Origin: Elusimicrobiota bacterium
GTDB taxonomy: Bacteria; Elusimicrobiota; Elusimicrobia; UBA1565; UBA9628
Direction: 5' to 3'
Assembly: GCA_023249645.1 (NCBI GenBank)
Contig: JAHFCF010000008.1
Coordinates: forward strand, 7,257-71,256
DNA length: 64,000 nucleotides
The translations under genes and the position numbers were made by a program. Positions within the stretch are counted from its first letter, which is position 1, and each line of letters begins with the position of its first letter. The notes beneath the pieces were generated by a model. The model was given only the letters and a program-made list of their open reading frames with translations, did no database searches and was not told where the DNA came from. Below, one piece after another: positions 25,174 through 33,898 of the stretch.

Positions 25174-26349
25174 TTATCCCTCCCGCTGGAAGGCCAGGCA
25201 GACGACGTTGTTGCCGAAGCCTCCGAAATTGCAGGTGAAGCCTCTCTTGGCGCCCTTGACCTGGCGCGCCCCCGCCTCGCCGCGCAGCTGCAGGACGATC
25301 TCGTGGGCCTGGCCCACGCCGGTCGCGCCGACCGGGTGGCCCTTGGCCTTCAAGCCGCCGGATGTGTTGATGGGGATCTGGCCGCCGATCTTGGTCAATC
25401 CCTTTTCCAGGGCCTTGTGCCCCTCGCCCTTCTTGAAGAAGCCGGCTTCCTCGCTTTCGACGATTTCGAGGATGGTGAAAGCGTCGTGGAGTTCGGCCAC
25501 GTCGACCTGCGAGGGTTTGAACCCGGCCATGCCGAAGGCCTGCTGGGCTGCCAGGCGCACGGCTGTGACCTCGGTGGGATCCTTGCGTTCGTGCACCGCG
25601 TGGGTATCGGTCGCCTGGCCGACGCCGGCCAAGCGTACCATGGGTTTCTTGAGCTTCTTGGCGACCTCGCCCGTAGCCAGGATCAGGCAGGCCCCGCCGT
25701 CAGAGACCGGGCAGCAGTCGTAGAAGCGCAAGGGATCGGCCACCATGGGATTGTTGGTTCCCGCGTCCGGGCCGTCTTCGATGCCGTCCATGGTGATGAG
25801 TTCGTGCAGATGCGCGAAGGGGTTGAGCATGGCGTTGGCGTGCGCCTTGACCGCCACCATGGAGAGGTGGCGCGAGGTGACGCCGTACTTGTCCATGTAG
25901 AGGCGGGTGAACATGCCGGCCAAGGACGGCAGGGTCACGCCGTAGATATACTCGGCCAAGGGATGGGTCAAAGTCGCGACGAAGTCCGTGGTCTCCAGGC
26001 TGTTGGCCGCGCGCATGCGCTCCGCGCCGGTCACGAGGACTGTGTCATGCAGTCCCGAGGCCACGGCCATGTAGCCTTGTTTGATGGCTGAGGCGCCGGA
26101 GGCCGGGCCGTTCTCGATGGCTTCGGCTCCAGCGGGGGTGAGTGCCAGATGGTCCACGACTGCCGAGGCCAGGCCCGTCTGCTTGTTCAATCGTCCAGCG
26201 CCCATGTTGGCGACGTAGACATGATCGACGGAGCTTAAGCCCGCATCTTTCAAGGCCATCATGGCCGGATAGCCCGCGATCTCAACCAAGGGGTATTCGA
26301 GGCGGGAGAAGGAGGTGATGCCGATGCCGACGACGTAGACCTCGCGCAT
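25174..26349 (-). CDS. Thiolase-like protein (SCP-x / archaeal-type acetyl-CoA C-acyltransferase)
   Basis: 391 aa with the active-site Cys region 'CSSRFP…'-type and a C-terminal 'NTSGGLKAKGHPVGATG' thiolase block. Confidence 0.8.
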   Translation of the reverse strand: MREVYVVGIGITSFSRLEYPLVEIAGYPAMMALKDAGLSSVDHVYVANMGAGRLNKQTGLASAVVDHLALTPAGAEAIENGPASGASAIKQGYMAVASGLHDTVLVTGAERMRAANSLETTDFVATLTHPLAEYIYGVTLPSLAGMFTRLYMDKYGVTSRHLSMVAVKAHANAMLNPFAHLHELITMDGIEDGPDAGTNNPMVADPLRFYDCCPVSDGGACLILATGEVAKKLKKPMVRLAGVGQATDTHAVHERKDPTEVTAVRLAAQQAFGMAGFKPSQVDVAELHDAFTILEIVESEEAGFFKKGEGHKALEKGLTKIGGQIPINTSGGLKAKGHPVGATGVGQAHEIVLQLRGEAGARQVKGAKRGFTCNFGGFGNNVVCLAFQREG

Positions 26350-26351
26350 GG

Positions 26352-27140
26352 CTATCTCCTTGCCGCGGCCTTCTTCGGCTTGGCCACGGCCTTCGGCTGG
26401 CCGCCGAGGACCTGTCTTTGCAGAAGGAGCGCCGAGCCCGTGTTGTCGGACTGCGAGCGGGTCGCGGCCATCAAGTCCATGGGCGGCTTGGGCGGGTCCG
26501 AGGGGGGCATGATCTTGGCCTTGGCTTTGGCGAGGAGATTGGCGGGCACGGGCCTGTGGCCGGTCAAGAGCGTCGGGCGCACTCTCTCGAAGATCTCGCG
26601 GGTCAGGGCGAAGGAGGGAACGCCGCCCAACTCGTGAGGCGTCTCAAAGCGCTTCTCGAGCTTGTACTCGATCATCCAACGCCTGAAGCCGATGGGCGAC
26701 TCGGCCACGATCAAGACTTCCTTCTGCTTCAAGTAGTCGAAGTGGTACTCCATCTTGGCTGCGAAGGCATGCGCGCCCACGCGCAGGCCACGGCGCAAGG
26801 AGAGGGTGTGCAGCGAGACGCCGACCTCGGGATTGAAGCGCCGACCGTTGACCACCGCGCAGAGCTCGCCGTCGAGCTGGGCCACGAGCACGTATTCGTC
26901 CTGCACGCGGTAGCGGTAGTAGCCTAGAAGCTCTGCGTACACGCGGGCTGCCACGATGTCGTAAAAATCGCGTTCCACGTGGATCAAAGGCTCGACGTGG
27001 GGCAGGATGTCTGGGATCTCGTCGCGGTCCACCTGCCGGATCACCAGGGTCTCGCCGCCGGCCAGGGTCATGTATTTTGGGGGGAAGATGGGTGCTGGGT
27101 TGTCCACGGGACGAAGGATCTTTTCAAGGTCTGTGCTCAT
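26352..27140 (-). CDS. Hypothetical protein, possible GNAT-like acyltransferase fold with Lys/Pro-rich C-terminal tail
   Basis: 262 aa with 'LVIRQVDRDEIPDI' and a 'LRRGLRVGAHAF' Q/RxxGxG/A-like block. It is the first gene of the thiolase/fdrA array. Only weak similarity was recognised. Confidence 0.3.
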   Translation of the reverse strand: MSTDLEKILRPVDNPAPIFPPKYMTLAGGETLVIRQVDRDEIPDILPHVEPLIHVERDFYDIVAARVYAELLGYYRYRVQDEYVLVAQLDGELCAVVNGRRFNPEVGVSLHTLSLRRGLRVGAHAFAAKMEYHFDYLKQKEVLIVAESPIGFRRWMIEYKLEKRFETPHELGGVPSFALTREIFERVRPTLLTGHRPVPANLLAKAKAKIMPPSDPPKPPMDLMAATRSQSDNTGSALLLQRQVLGGQPKAVAKPKKAAARR

Positions 27141-27308
27141 GGGGCCTCCGGGTTGGACGTTAGCTTGGCTGACAAGAAGATTTTACCACGATGCCGGGAT
27201 TTTGTCACATGATTTTTTTCTAGGTCCAAATTGGGCCTTGACAAGATCGGCTGGGGGGGGGTAGACTATCGCTACTTGATGCCCATCTGTTAAGAGAGGT
27301 GAAGGCCG

Positions 27309-28346
27309 ATGAAAAAGCTGATTGGATTTGGGGGACTGGCTGCTATTCTCGTCGTGGGAATTCAAGGGTTCCATAGGTATCAGCAGAGCACTCTTCTCTC
27401 TGCCCAGGAAAAACAGTCCTTGAGAGATGCTGCTGCGAGTGACCCTAATCAGAATAACGGTCAGATTTACATCCCGGTGCAAACTTTGGACCAGGAGCCT
27501 GCTACGGTGGAAGGGAGAACCAAAGAGGCGCATTGGATGGTAGAAGAGATGAAAGCTATGCAGAAAAAACAAGCAGATCTCGATAGTTTGCTGAAGGCTC
27601 TGAAGGAGAAGGTCATTTATGACAAGTCAATTTCCGACGAGGATAAGAGGCAAGTCGTTTTAAAAATGTTGTCTAAAGTGAAAGACTATCCGAACGCGCG
27701 CCGCGATTTGGCGTATCCTCTTCTGTGGGAAGTCGTTCAATCCGGCAGTCCGGATAAGGATATGGTGCAACTTCTAATCAGTGAGGGCGGCTTGAATGAT
27801 GGGCCGTCTCAAGCGGCAGCTCCGATTAATTACATTCGGCCGAATAAATTTTTTCAGGAGCAGGATCCGTTTTATCGCGATGATGGGAATGTTTCCACGA
27901 CTCTTTTGATTTCTGCCATTCGCAATGCCCCTGCAGTCGTGGAAACCATGCTTAAGCTTGGTGCCGATCCCAATACCCCAGACTATTATATGGGGAAACC
28001 TATGAGGACTCCTCTGATGTGGGCTGCGATCATGCGAAAACCGGAGCTTGTGACAACCTTACTGCACTGGCATGCCAATATCGACAGCCAGGATCAGAAA
28101 GGACACACTGCTGCCGAGTACTCCGGCATCCACATCCCGAACCTCCTTGATTTTGGCATTGTGGAATTTAGTGAGCCGCAGGAAGCGGAATGTACCAAGT
28201 CTGCGCGGGGTTTCTGCAGGGCCCGGGATGCGTGGTTCGGCACTCTGTCATATTTCAAGGAGAAGCCTGAGATTTGTAAAGAAGTAGAAAAACTTCCAAA
28301 CGACAAAAAAGTCATCCAAATACTGCCCCATTGCCTGCCCTACTAA
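27309..28346 (+). CDS. Membrane-anchored ankyrin-repeat protein, encoded in a low-GC patch
   Basis: 345 aa with an N-terminal TM/signal anchor and ankyrin-like 'TPLMWAAIMRKPELVTTLLHWHANIDSQDQKGHTA'. Gene GC is about 48-50% against about 65% locally. It is followed by an AT-rich 200-bp spacer. Confidence 0.65.
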   Translation: MKKLIGFGGLAAILVVGIQGFHRYQQSTLLSAQEKQSLRDAAASDPNQNNGQIYIPVQTLDQEPATVEGRTKEAHWMVEEMKAMQKKQADLDSLLKALKEKVIYDKSISDEDKRQVVLKMLSKVKDYPNARRDLAYPLLWEVVQSGSPDKDMVQLLISEGGLNDGPSQAAAPINYIRPNKFFQEQDPFYRDDGNVSTTLLISAIRNAPAVVETMLKLGADPNTPDYYMGKPMRTPLMWAAIMRKPELVTTLLHWHANIDSQDQKGHTAAEYSGIHIPNLLDFGIVEFSEPQEAECTKSARGFCRARDAWFGTLSYFKEKPEICKEVEKLPNDKKVIQILPHCLPY

Positions 28347-28560
28347 AATAAGTGCGTGATGCGATCGGGGATCAGGGGGAAGGCCGTCCGCTAGCTGCTT
28401 CAATCAGCTGAAGCCCTAGGATTTTGCCACTAAACTGGGGAAATTTGTCGGAACTGAGCCAAGGCAGCGTTGAGTCAACCGCTCAAATCCACTAATTTAA
28501 TATTATAAGAACTTGACAAATAAGTCAATTTCATATTATATTAATATTTGAGACCCTCCT

Positions 28561-29331
28561 ATGGCCATCCCTTCTTTCGAGCTTCGAGAGTCCTTTCAGC
28601 TGGCTTTCCTGCGCCATCTGCACGCCCGGCTATCCCCGAGCCGCGCCTACGCGGTCAAGGGGGGGATCTGCCTGCGTTTCTTCCATCGCTCTCCCCGTCT
28701 CTCTCAGGACATGGACCTCGACATCGTGCCCGATTTTCCAGTTTCCACGCTCCAAAACGCAGTGGATTCCATCCTGGAGGGACGGGCCTTCGCCGCATCG
28801 CTCATCGGTCAAGGGATCACGAGGCTTGAGGTGCGCAAGCCCAAGCAGACTCAGACAACGCAGCGCTGGAAGATATCCCTCTTTATGAGCGTGGGCGAGC
28901 CTCTGCCCACCAAGATCGAATTCAGCCGGCGCCAGGAGGACATCCGCACTGCCGTGGCCGCTCCGGACGCTGAACTTCTGCGTCGCTATCGGATGACGCC
29001 CTTTGCCGCCCGCTTCTACGACGCGACGACTATGGCGGCCCAAAAGGTCGGCGCGCTTGCCGCGGCCTCGCGCTATGCCGCGCGCGATCTTTTCGACATC
29101 CACCATCTGCTGCGCGTCGTTCTGGTCAAGCCGGTCGAGGTCGCTGCTTTGGTCGAATCGAAGATCGTGGAAAATGCAGCTGACAAGGTCACGGCCTTCT
29201 CTTATGGCGACTTCAAGGAGCAGGTCCTGCCTTATCTTTCGGGAGAGATGATGGACCTTTACCGCGACGCGGCGGCTTTTGAACAGCAGAAAGCCGAAGT
29301 CGAAGAAGACTTGCTGGAGATGTTGCGATGA
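28561..29331 (+). CDS. AbiEii/AbiGii-family nucleotidyltransferase toxin (type IV toxin-antitoxin)
   Basis: 256 aa. 'ESFQLAFLRHL…VKGGICLRFFHRSPRLSQDMDLD' matches the DUF1814/AbiEii N-terminal signature. Confidence 0.7.
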   Translation: MAIPSFELRESFQLAFLRHLHARLSPSRAYAVKGGICLRFFHRSPRLSQDMDLDIVPDFPVSTLQNAVDSILEGRAFAASLIGQGITRLEVRKPKQTQTTQRWKISLFMSVGEPLPTKIEFSRRQEDIRTAVAAPDAELLRRYRMTPFAARFYDATTMAAQKVGALAAASRYAARDLFDIHHLLRVVLVKPVEVAALVESKIVENAADKVTAFSYGDFKEQVLPYLSGEMMDLYRDAAAFEQQKAEVEEDLLEMLR

Positions 29332-29936
29332 GCGCCGCCGGTCTGGTCAAGCTCATGCAGAAGCACTCCCTGCGGGTCTTTACGACTACGGATATGGCCG
29401 CGATCTCGGGCCTTTCGCCAGCTACGGCTAGCAAGGCCTTGGCACGGCTTTGCGCCCAGGACTTGGCCGTGCGGCTCAAGAAGGGCGTGTGGGTCAATAA
29501 GTTGGCCGCGGATCTGAATCCCTACGAGGCCGTGCCGTATCTGCGGATACCATGGCCTGCTTATGTGTCTCTGTACAGCGTTCTGGCGGATTGCGGCGTG
29601 GTCGAGGATATCCCGCAAGTGATTTATGGGGTCTCGGCGGCGCCGCCAAAATTCTATCGGACGCCTCTGGGAGAATTCCATATTCATCACCTGCCGGACC
29701 GGCTCATCTGGGGCTACGAGGTCCGGCATCAAGGACAGGCCCGATATCTTGCCGCTGAGCCGGAGAAAGCATTCCTCGACTTGGTCTATCTGGCGCTCAT
29801 CCCTAGGTGTCCGCTGAGTTTCCCCGTCAAACGCGGTAGGAAATGGGCGCTGGATGCGCAAAAACTTCGTTCCTACGCCAAGCGGTTTGGATTTCCTCCG
29901 CTCAGCTCCTGGCTCGAAGAAAACCGCCTCTTATAA
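29328..29936 (+). CDS. AbiEi-like antitoxin (N-terminal wHTH + AbiEi C-domain)
   Basis: 202 aa with a wHTH 'MAAISGLSPATASKALARLCAQDLAVRLKKGVWV'. It shares an ATGA overlap with the upstream AbiEii gene. The gene order is reversed relative to canonical abiEi-abiEii. Confidence 0.6.
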   Translation: MSAAGLVKLMQKHSLRVFTTTDMAAISGLSPATASKALARLCAQDLAVRLKKGVWVNKLAADLNPYEAVPYLRIPWPAYVSLYSVLADCGVVEDIPQVIYGVSAAPPKFYRTPLGEFHIHHLPDRLIWGYEVRHQGQARYLAAEPEKAFLDLVYLALIPRCPLSFPVKRGRKWALDAQKLRSYAKRFGFPPLSSWLEENRLL

Positions 29937-29940
29937 AAAT

Positions 29941-31368
29941 TCAGCGCCCTTCCTGCCACTGAGGAGTCTGGTCCGCGTTGTATTCGCGCCGGGCGACCTT
30001 CGAGACTTCTGGCCTGAGATAATCGTAGACCGCCTGCAGGTCCGATCCCTTCTCCTTGAGGCCCTTGAGGAAAAAATAGGTGAAGAGTCCGTGGCCCTTG
30101 TCCTGATAGCTGGACGAGATCTGATCGCCGGCCGCTGCCGTGATGACGGTCAGGTTCTGCGGCACATTGTTCGCGGCCATGGTGACCAAGGGCCGCGCTC
30201 CCCGGGCGATGACCGAGCGGCCTCCGGCGCCTGAAAAGCACGAGTCCATGGCCACGACGACCTTCTTGGCCGGCAGCTTGCCGAGATCGCGATAGAGCTT
30301 GGCGATCGAATATCCGGTCTGCTCGATGTAGGTCGGGTCGGCGTCGAAGGGGACGAGATACGCCTCGCCTGTCTTGGGGTTGGGGGCTCCATGGCCCGAG
30401 TAGTAGATGTAGATCGTGTCGCCCTCTTCGACCCTGTTGGGCAGCCAGCGTTCGAAGTACTTTTCGAAGTCGCTCTTCGCCGCCTGATCGTTGATCAGGA
30501 CCGCGACGTTCTCCTCCGGCACGCCGAGCACGCGCTCGTAGTACTTGGCGGCCAGGCGCGCGTCAGCGGCCGCGAAGTCGGCGTGCGGCAGGGCTTGGCG
30601 ATAGTTCTCGATCCCTATGACGATGGCGTGCGTGTGAGGCTGAGATATCGATGCGGGGGGAAGCGCGTCGATCTCGCTCGACACGGCGCTTGCCGGAAGG
30701 TTTGCCACCACGGGCGCGCGCTGCGGACGTGTCGGTGAGCGCAGGGCCTGCGCGTACTGGATGAACTTGGGGCCGTTGGTCAGGCTGAGCAGGACGTTGT
30801 TGATCGCTGTCGTAAAGGCCTCTTGCAGGCCAGTGCTGCGAGACCAGCCTTCCTGCGTGAAGGAGGCTTCGGCCAGGGCATGCTGGCCGGAACTGTCCAG
30901 GAACTTGGCAGGGACGCTGACAGTGTAGCGCCATTCGTCGGGAGGGACGAAGATGGGGAAGATCTCCCAGAAGGCGATGAATTGGAGGACGCAGACGCTC
31001 GATGCATCGAGTGTGGGAGGGGAGAATTCGATGAGGGCGTCGTACTGGCCCAAGGCCGAGGCCTTGTCCGCGACCAGATCGACTTCCTTGAATCTCGACT
31101 TGACCATCTCATAGGCCAGGCGGATGTATTCCTGATCGTAGGGGAGCGTCACGATGGTCTGGCCGATGATGCAGCGCGTCGGGACCACCACCGGCGGCAT
31201 GGCCGAGGTTTCCGGCATCACGAGACCGATCCTGAGGGGAATGGGTTGTGCATTGGTTATAGGAACGTTGTAGTTCGGATCGAATCTCACCTGGTGCTGC
31301 AGGGTGCAGGCTGCCAAGCTGCTGATGACGAGGCAGGCGAGGAGGGGCTTGAGGAATGATTTTTTCAT
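29941..31368 (-). CDS. Lipoprotein caspase-family protease (peptidase C14 / orthocaspase), paralog 1
   Basis: Start at 'MKKSFLKPLLACLVISSLAAC' (lipobox LAAC). The C-terminal domain carries the His-Cys dyad: 'HAIVIGIENY', 'YYSGHGAP', 'DSCFSGAGG'. The N-terminal about 240 aa is of unknown fold. Confidence 0.8.
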   Translation of the reverse strand: MKKSFLKPLLACLVISSLAACTLQHQVRFDPNYNVPITNAQPIPLRIGLVMPETSAMPPVVVPTRCIIGQTIVTLPYDQEYIRLAYEMVKSRFKEVDLVADKASALGQYDALIEFSPPTLDASSVCVLQFIAFWEIFPIFVPPDEWRYTVSVPAKFLDSSGQHALAEASFTQEGWSRSTGLQEAFTTAINNVLLSLTNGPKFIQYAQALRSPTRPQRAPVVANLPASAVSSEIDALPPASISQPHTHAIVIGIENYRQALPHADFAAADARLAAKYYERVLGVPEENVAVLINDQAAKSDFEKYFERWLPNRVEEGDTIYIYYSGHGAPNPKTGEAYLVPFDADPTYIEQTGYSIAKLYRDLGKLPAKKVVVAMDSCFSGAGGRSVIARGARPLVTMAANNVPQNLTVITAAAGDQISSSYQDKGHGLFTYFFLKGLKEKGSDLQAVYDYLRPEVSKVARREYNADQTPQWQEGR

Positions 31369-31372
31369 GGTT

Positions 31373-32881
31373 TCACCGTCCTTCCTGCCATTGGGGGGTC
31401 TGGTCCGCGTTGTATTCGCGTCGCGCGACCTTCGAAACCTCGGGCTTGAGATAATCATAGACCGCTTGCAGGTTCGGGCCTTTTTCCTTAAGACCCTTTA
31501 GGAAGAAGTAGGTGAAGAGTCCGTGGCCCTTGTCATCATAGCTCGTGGAGATCTGGTCGCCGGCAGCGGCCGTGAGCACCGTGAGGTTTTCGGGGACATC
31601 GGATGTCTTGAGTGTGACCAGGGGCCGCGCGCCCCGGGCGATGACCGAGCGGCCGCCGGCGCCGGAGAAGCACGAGTCCATGGCCACGACGACCTTCTTG
31701 GCCGGCAGCTTGCTGAGATCTCGATAGAGCTTGGCGATCGGATAGCCGGTCTGCTCGATGTAGGTCGGGTCGGCGTCATAGGGGACGAGATAAGCCTCGC
31801 CGGTCTTGGGATTCGGCGCGCCGTGTCCCGAGTAGTAGATGTAGACTGTGTCGCCCGCCTCCACGCGGTTGGGCAGCCAGCGCTCAAAATACTTCTCGAA
31901 GTCGCTTTTGGCGGCCTTGTCGTTGATAAGGAGCGCGACGTTCTCCTCCGGCACGCCGAGCACTCGCTTGTAGTACTTCGCGGCTAGTCGCGCGTCGGCA
32001 GCCGCGAAGTCGGCGCTCGGCAATTTCTCGCGGTAGTTCTCAACGCCGATGACGATGGCGTGGGAATGCGCGTTGGATGCCGAGGCGGAGGGAAGCTCGT
32101 CGATGTCGCTGCGCCGGGAGGCTGTCGTGGGCGCTGGCGGGGCAGCGGGCATCTGCGGCGAGGATTCAGCGGCGGGTTCTTCGGGAGCTGACATCGGTCC
32201 GGAGGGCGTCTGTTTTCTTTTCTTCGACCTTCGAGATGGAGTGGTCCTGGCCGTCGGCGCGGCAGCGACGATCTGTTGGCGCGAGGGGGCGCGGCCTTCG
32301 ATCAGCGCGACGAAGTCCTGGGATTCGAGGGTCGGCCCCATTCCCTGGACCGCGTTGGCGAGCGCTGTATTGATGGCTTGGCTGAAGCACGCATCCGGCC
32401 GGCCGAAGCCGGGGCGCAGGCCATTGGCCGTGCCCGTGAAGGTCCAGGAGAGCACGTTCTTTTGCCGGCGGTCCTTGATGGCCAAGGCGAAGGTGACCTT
32501 CCCGATGATCTTGTCATCAAGGCCTTCGGAACCGAGGTATCTGACGGACGCCTGCGTGAGCGAGGTTGCGAAGATCGCCTCGGCTTGAGCCGGATCCGTG
32601 GTCGTGGGCAGCTGCAGGCGGCCCAATTCTGTGACCAGGGCTTCCTGGAGGACCTCGGACATCGGACGATCCGCCTGCCAGAGCCCTTGATAAGTGGAGA
32701 TGCCTCCCGATAGATCGGTGGCAGCGTCCACGTAGACGATCGGCCGGCGCGGACCTTGGAAAGCGCGTGGGTTGGTTGTGGGATCGTACTTGAGGGTGAG
32801 GATGTCTGCGCAGCCGGAGAGCGTGCTGAGAAGCAGCGCGAGACTGGAAAATCTGAGGAGACGGCGCTCCATGTTCATCAT
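31373..32881 (-). CDS. Lipoprotein caspase-family protease (peptidase C14), paralog 2
   Basis: Lipobox 'LSTLSGC'. The caspase domain is about 90% identical to paralog 1 ('YYSGHGAP','DSCFSGAGG'). The N-terminal region is unrelated and has a Pro/Ala/Ser-rich linker. It lies 4 bp upstream of paralog 1. Confidence 0.8.
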   Translation of the reverse strand: MMNMERRLLRFSSLALLLSTLSGCADILTLKYDPTTNPRAFQGPRRPIVYVDAATDLSGGISTYQGLWQADRPMSEVLQEALVTELGRLQLPTTTDPAQAEAIFATSLTQASVRYLGSEGLDDKIIGKVTFALAIKDRRQKNVLSWTFTGTANGLRPGFGRPDACFSQAINTALANAVQGMGPTLESQDFVALIEGRAPSRQQIVAAAPTARTTPSRRSKKRKQTPSGPMSAPEEPAAESSPQMPAAPPAPTTASRRSDIDELPSASASNAHSHAIVIGVENYREKLPSADFAAADARLAAKYYKRVLGVPEENVALLINDKAAKSDFEKYFERWLPNRVEAGDTVYIYYSGHGAPNPKTGEAYLVPYDADPTYIEQTGYPIAKLYRDLSKLPAKKVVVAMDSCFSGAGGRSVIARGARPLVTLKTSDVPENLTVLTAAAGDQISTSYDDKGHGLFTYFFLKGLKEKGPNLQAVYDYLKPEVSKVARREYNADQTPQWQEGR

Positions 32882-32899
32882 TCCATTATACCATCCGGC

Positions 32900-33898
32900 C
32901 TAATTCTTTTTTTGAGCGGCTTTTTCCAGCGCCTTCAGTCCCGCATCGATGACGGCCTCATTGACGTTCCACAGCCGCAGGGTCTGGTCGTCGGATCCCG
33001 AAAGGACCCAGAGTCCGTCCGGGGAGAAGGCCACTGTGTTGACTCGGCCCGTGTGTCCGGTCCAGGTCTTGAGGCATTCGCCCGTCGCCGTCCTCCAAAG
33101 CTTGACCGTCATGTCGTAGCTGGAGGAGGCCACCAGTGAGCCGTCCGGCGAGAAAGCGGTCCAGTTCACCGTCTTGTCGTGCCCTTCCCAGATCGTCTTG
33201 AAGGCTCCGGTGTGCGCGTCCCAGAGCTTGATCGCGCCGTCCCATCCGCCGGTCAGGGCGATATTCCCGTCAGGGGAGAGTTCGGTCTCCGTGATCAGTC
33301 CTGTCGGAGAGGCCAGGGTGGCCAGGAGCTTGCCGGTGGCGACATCCCGGATCTCGGAGTCCGCGCCGCCGGCCAGCGTCTTGGTCCCGTCCGCGGAGAA
33401 GGCGACGGATTGGACATAGTCCCTGTGCACGGGCCAGTAAGGGACCTCACGGTCGGTGGATACGTCCCACAGCTTCAGGGTCTGGTCGGAGGCGCCGGAG
33501 AGGATCTTCTTGCCGTCCGGGGAAAACAGCGCGGTGTAGACGAAGATGCCGTGCCCCGGCGTTTCGAAGAGTTCCTTGCCCGTGGCCGCGTCCCAGGCTC
33601 GCAAGGAGAGCATGTCGCTGGCGGACAGCACGGTCTTGCCGTCCGGGCTGAAGGCGACGGCGATGACCGGGCTCGTGTGCCCCTGGAAGACGAAGAGGGT
33701 CTCTCCCGTGGACGTGTCCCAGAGGCGCACGGTCTGATCGCGGCTGCCGGAGAGGGCTTTGGTCCCGTCCGGGGAGAAGGCCGCGCAGAGCACGTCGTTG
33801 GTGTGGCCGTACCATATCGCCTGGAACCTCGTCGGATGATGGTTGGCAGAGGTGCAGCCCAGCGTGAAGAGAAAAGCGGCCGCCAACGCACGCTTCAT
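32900..33898 (-). CDS. WD40-repeat lipoprotein (7-bladed beta-propeller)
   Basis: Start at '[15 protein letters not shown]' (lipobox), 89 codons inside ORF 32900..34165. It has seven 'SPDG…W[DN]' repeats. Its ATGA overlaps the AsnRS-like stop. Confidence 0.8.
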   Translation of the reverse strand: MKRALAAAFLFTLGCTSANHHPTRFQAIWYGHTNDVLCAAFSPDGTKALSGSRDQTVRLWDTSTGETLFVFQGHTSPVIAVAFSPDGKTVLSASDMLSLRAWDAATGKELFETPGHGIFVYTALFSPDGKKILSGASDQTLKLWDVSTDREVPYWPVHRDYVQSVAFSADGTKTLAGGADSEIRDVATGKLLATLASPTGLITETELSPDGNIALTGGWDGAIKLWDAHTGAFKTIWEGHDKTVNWTAFSPDGSLVASSSYDMTVKLWRTATGECLKTWTGHTGRVNTVAFSPDGLWVLSGSDDQTLRLWNVNEAVIDAGLKALEKAAQKKN

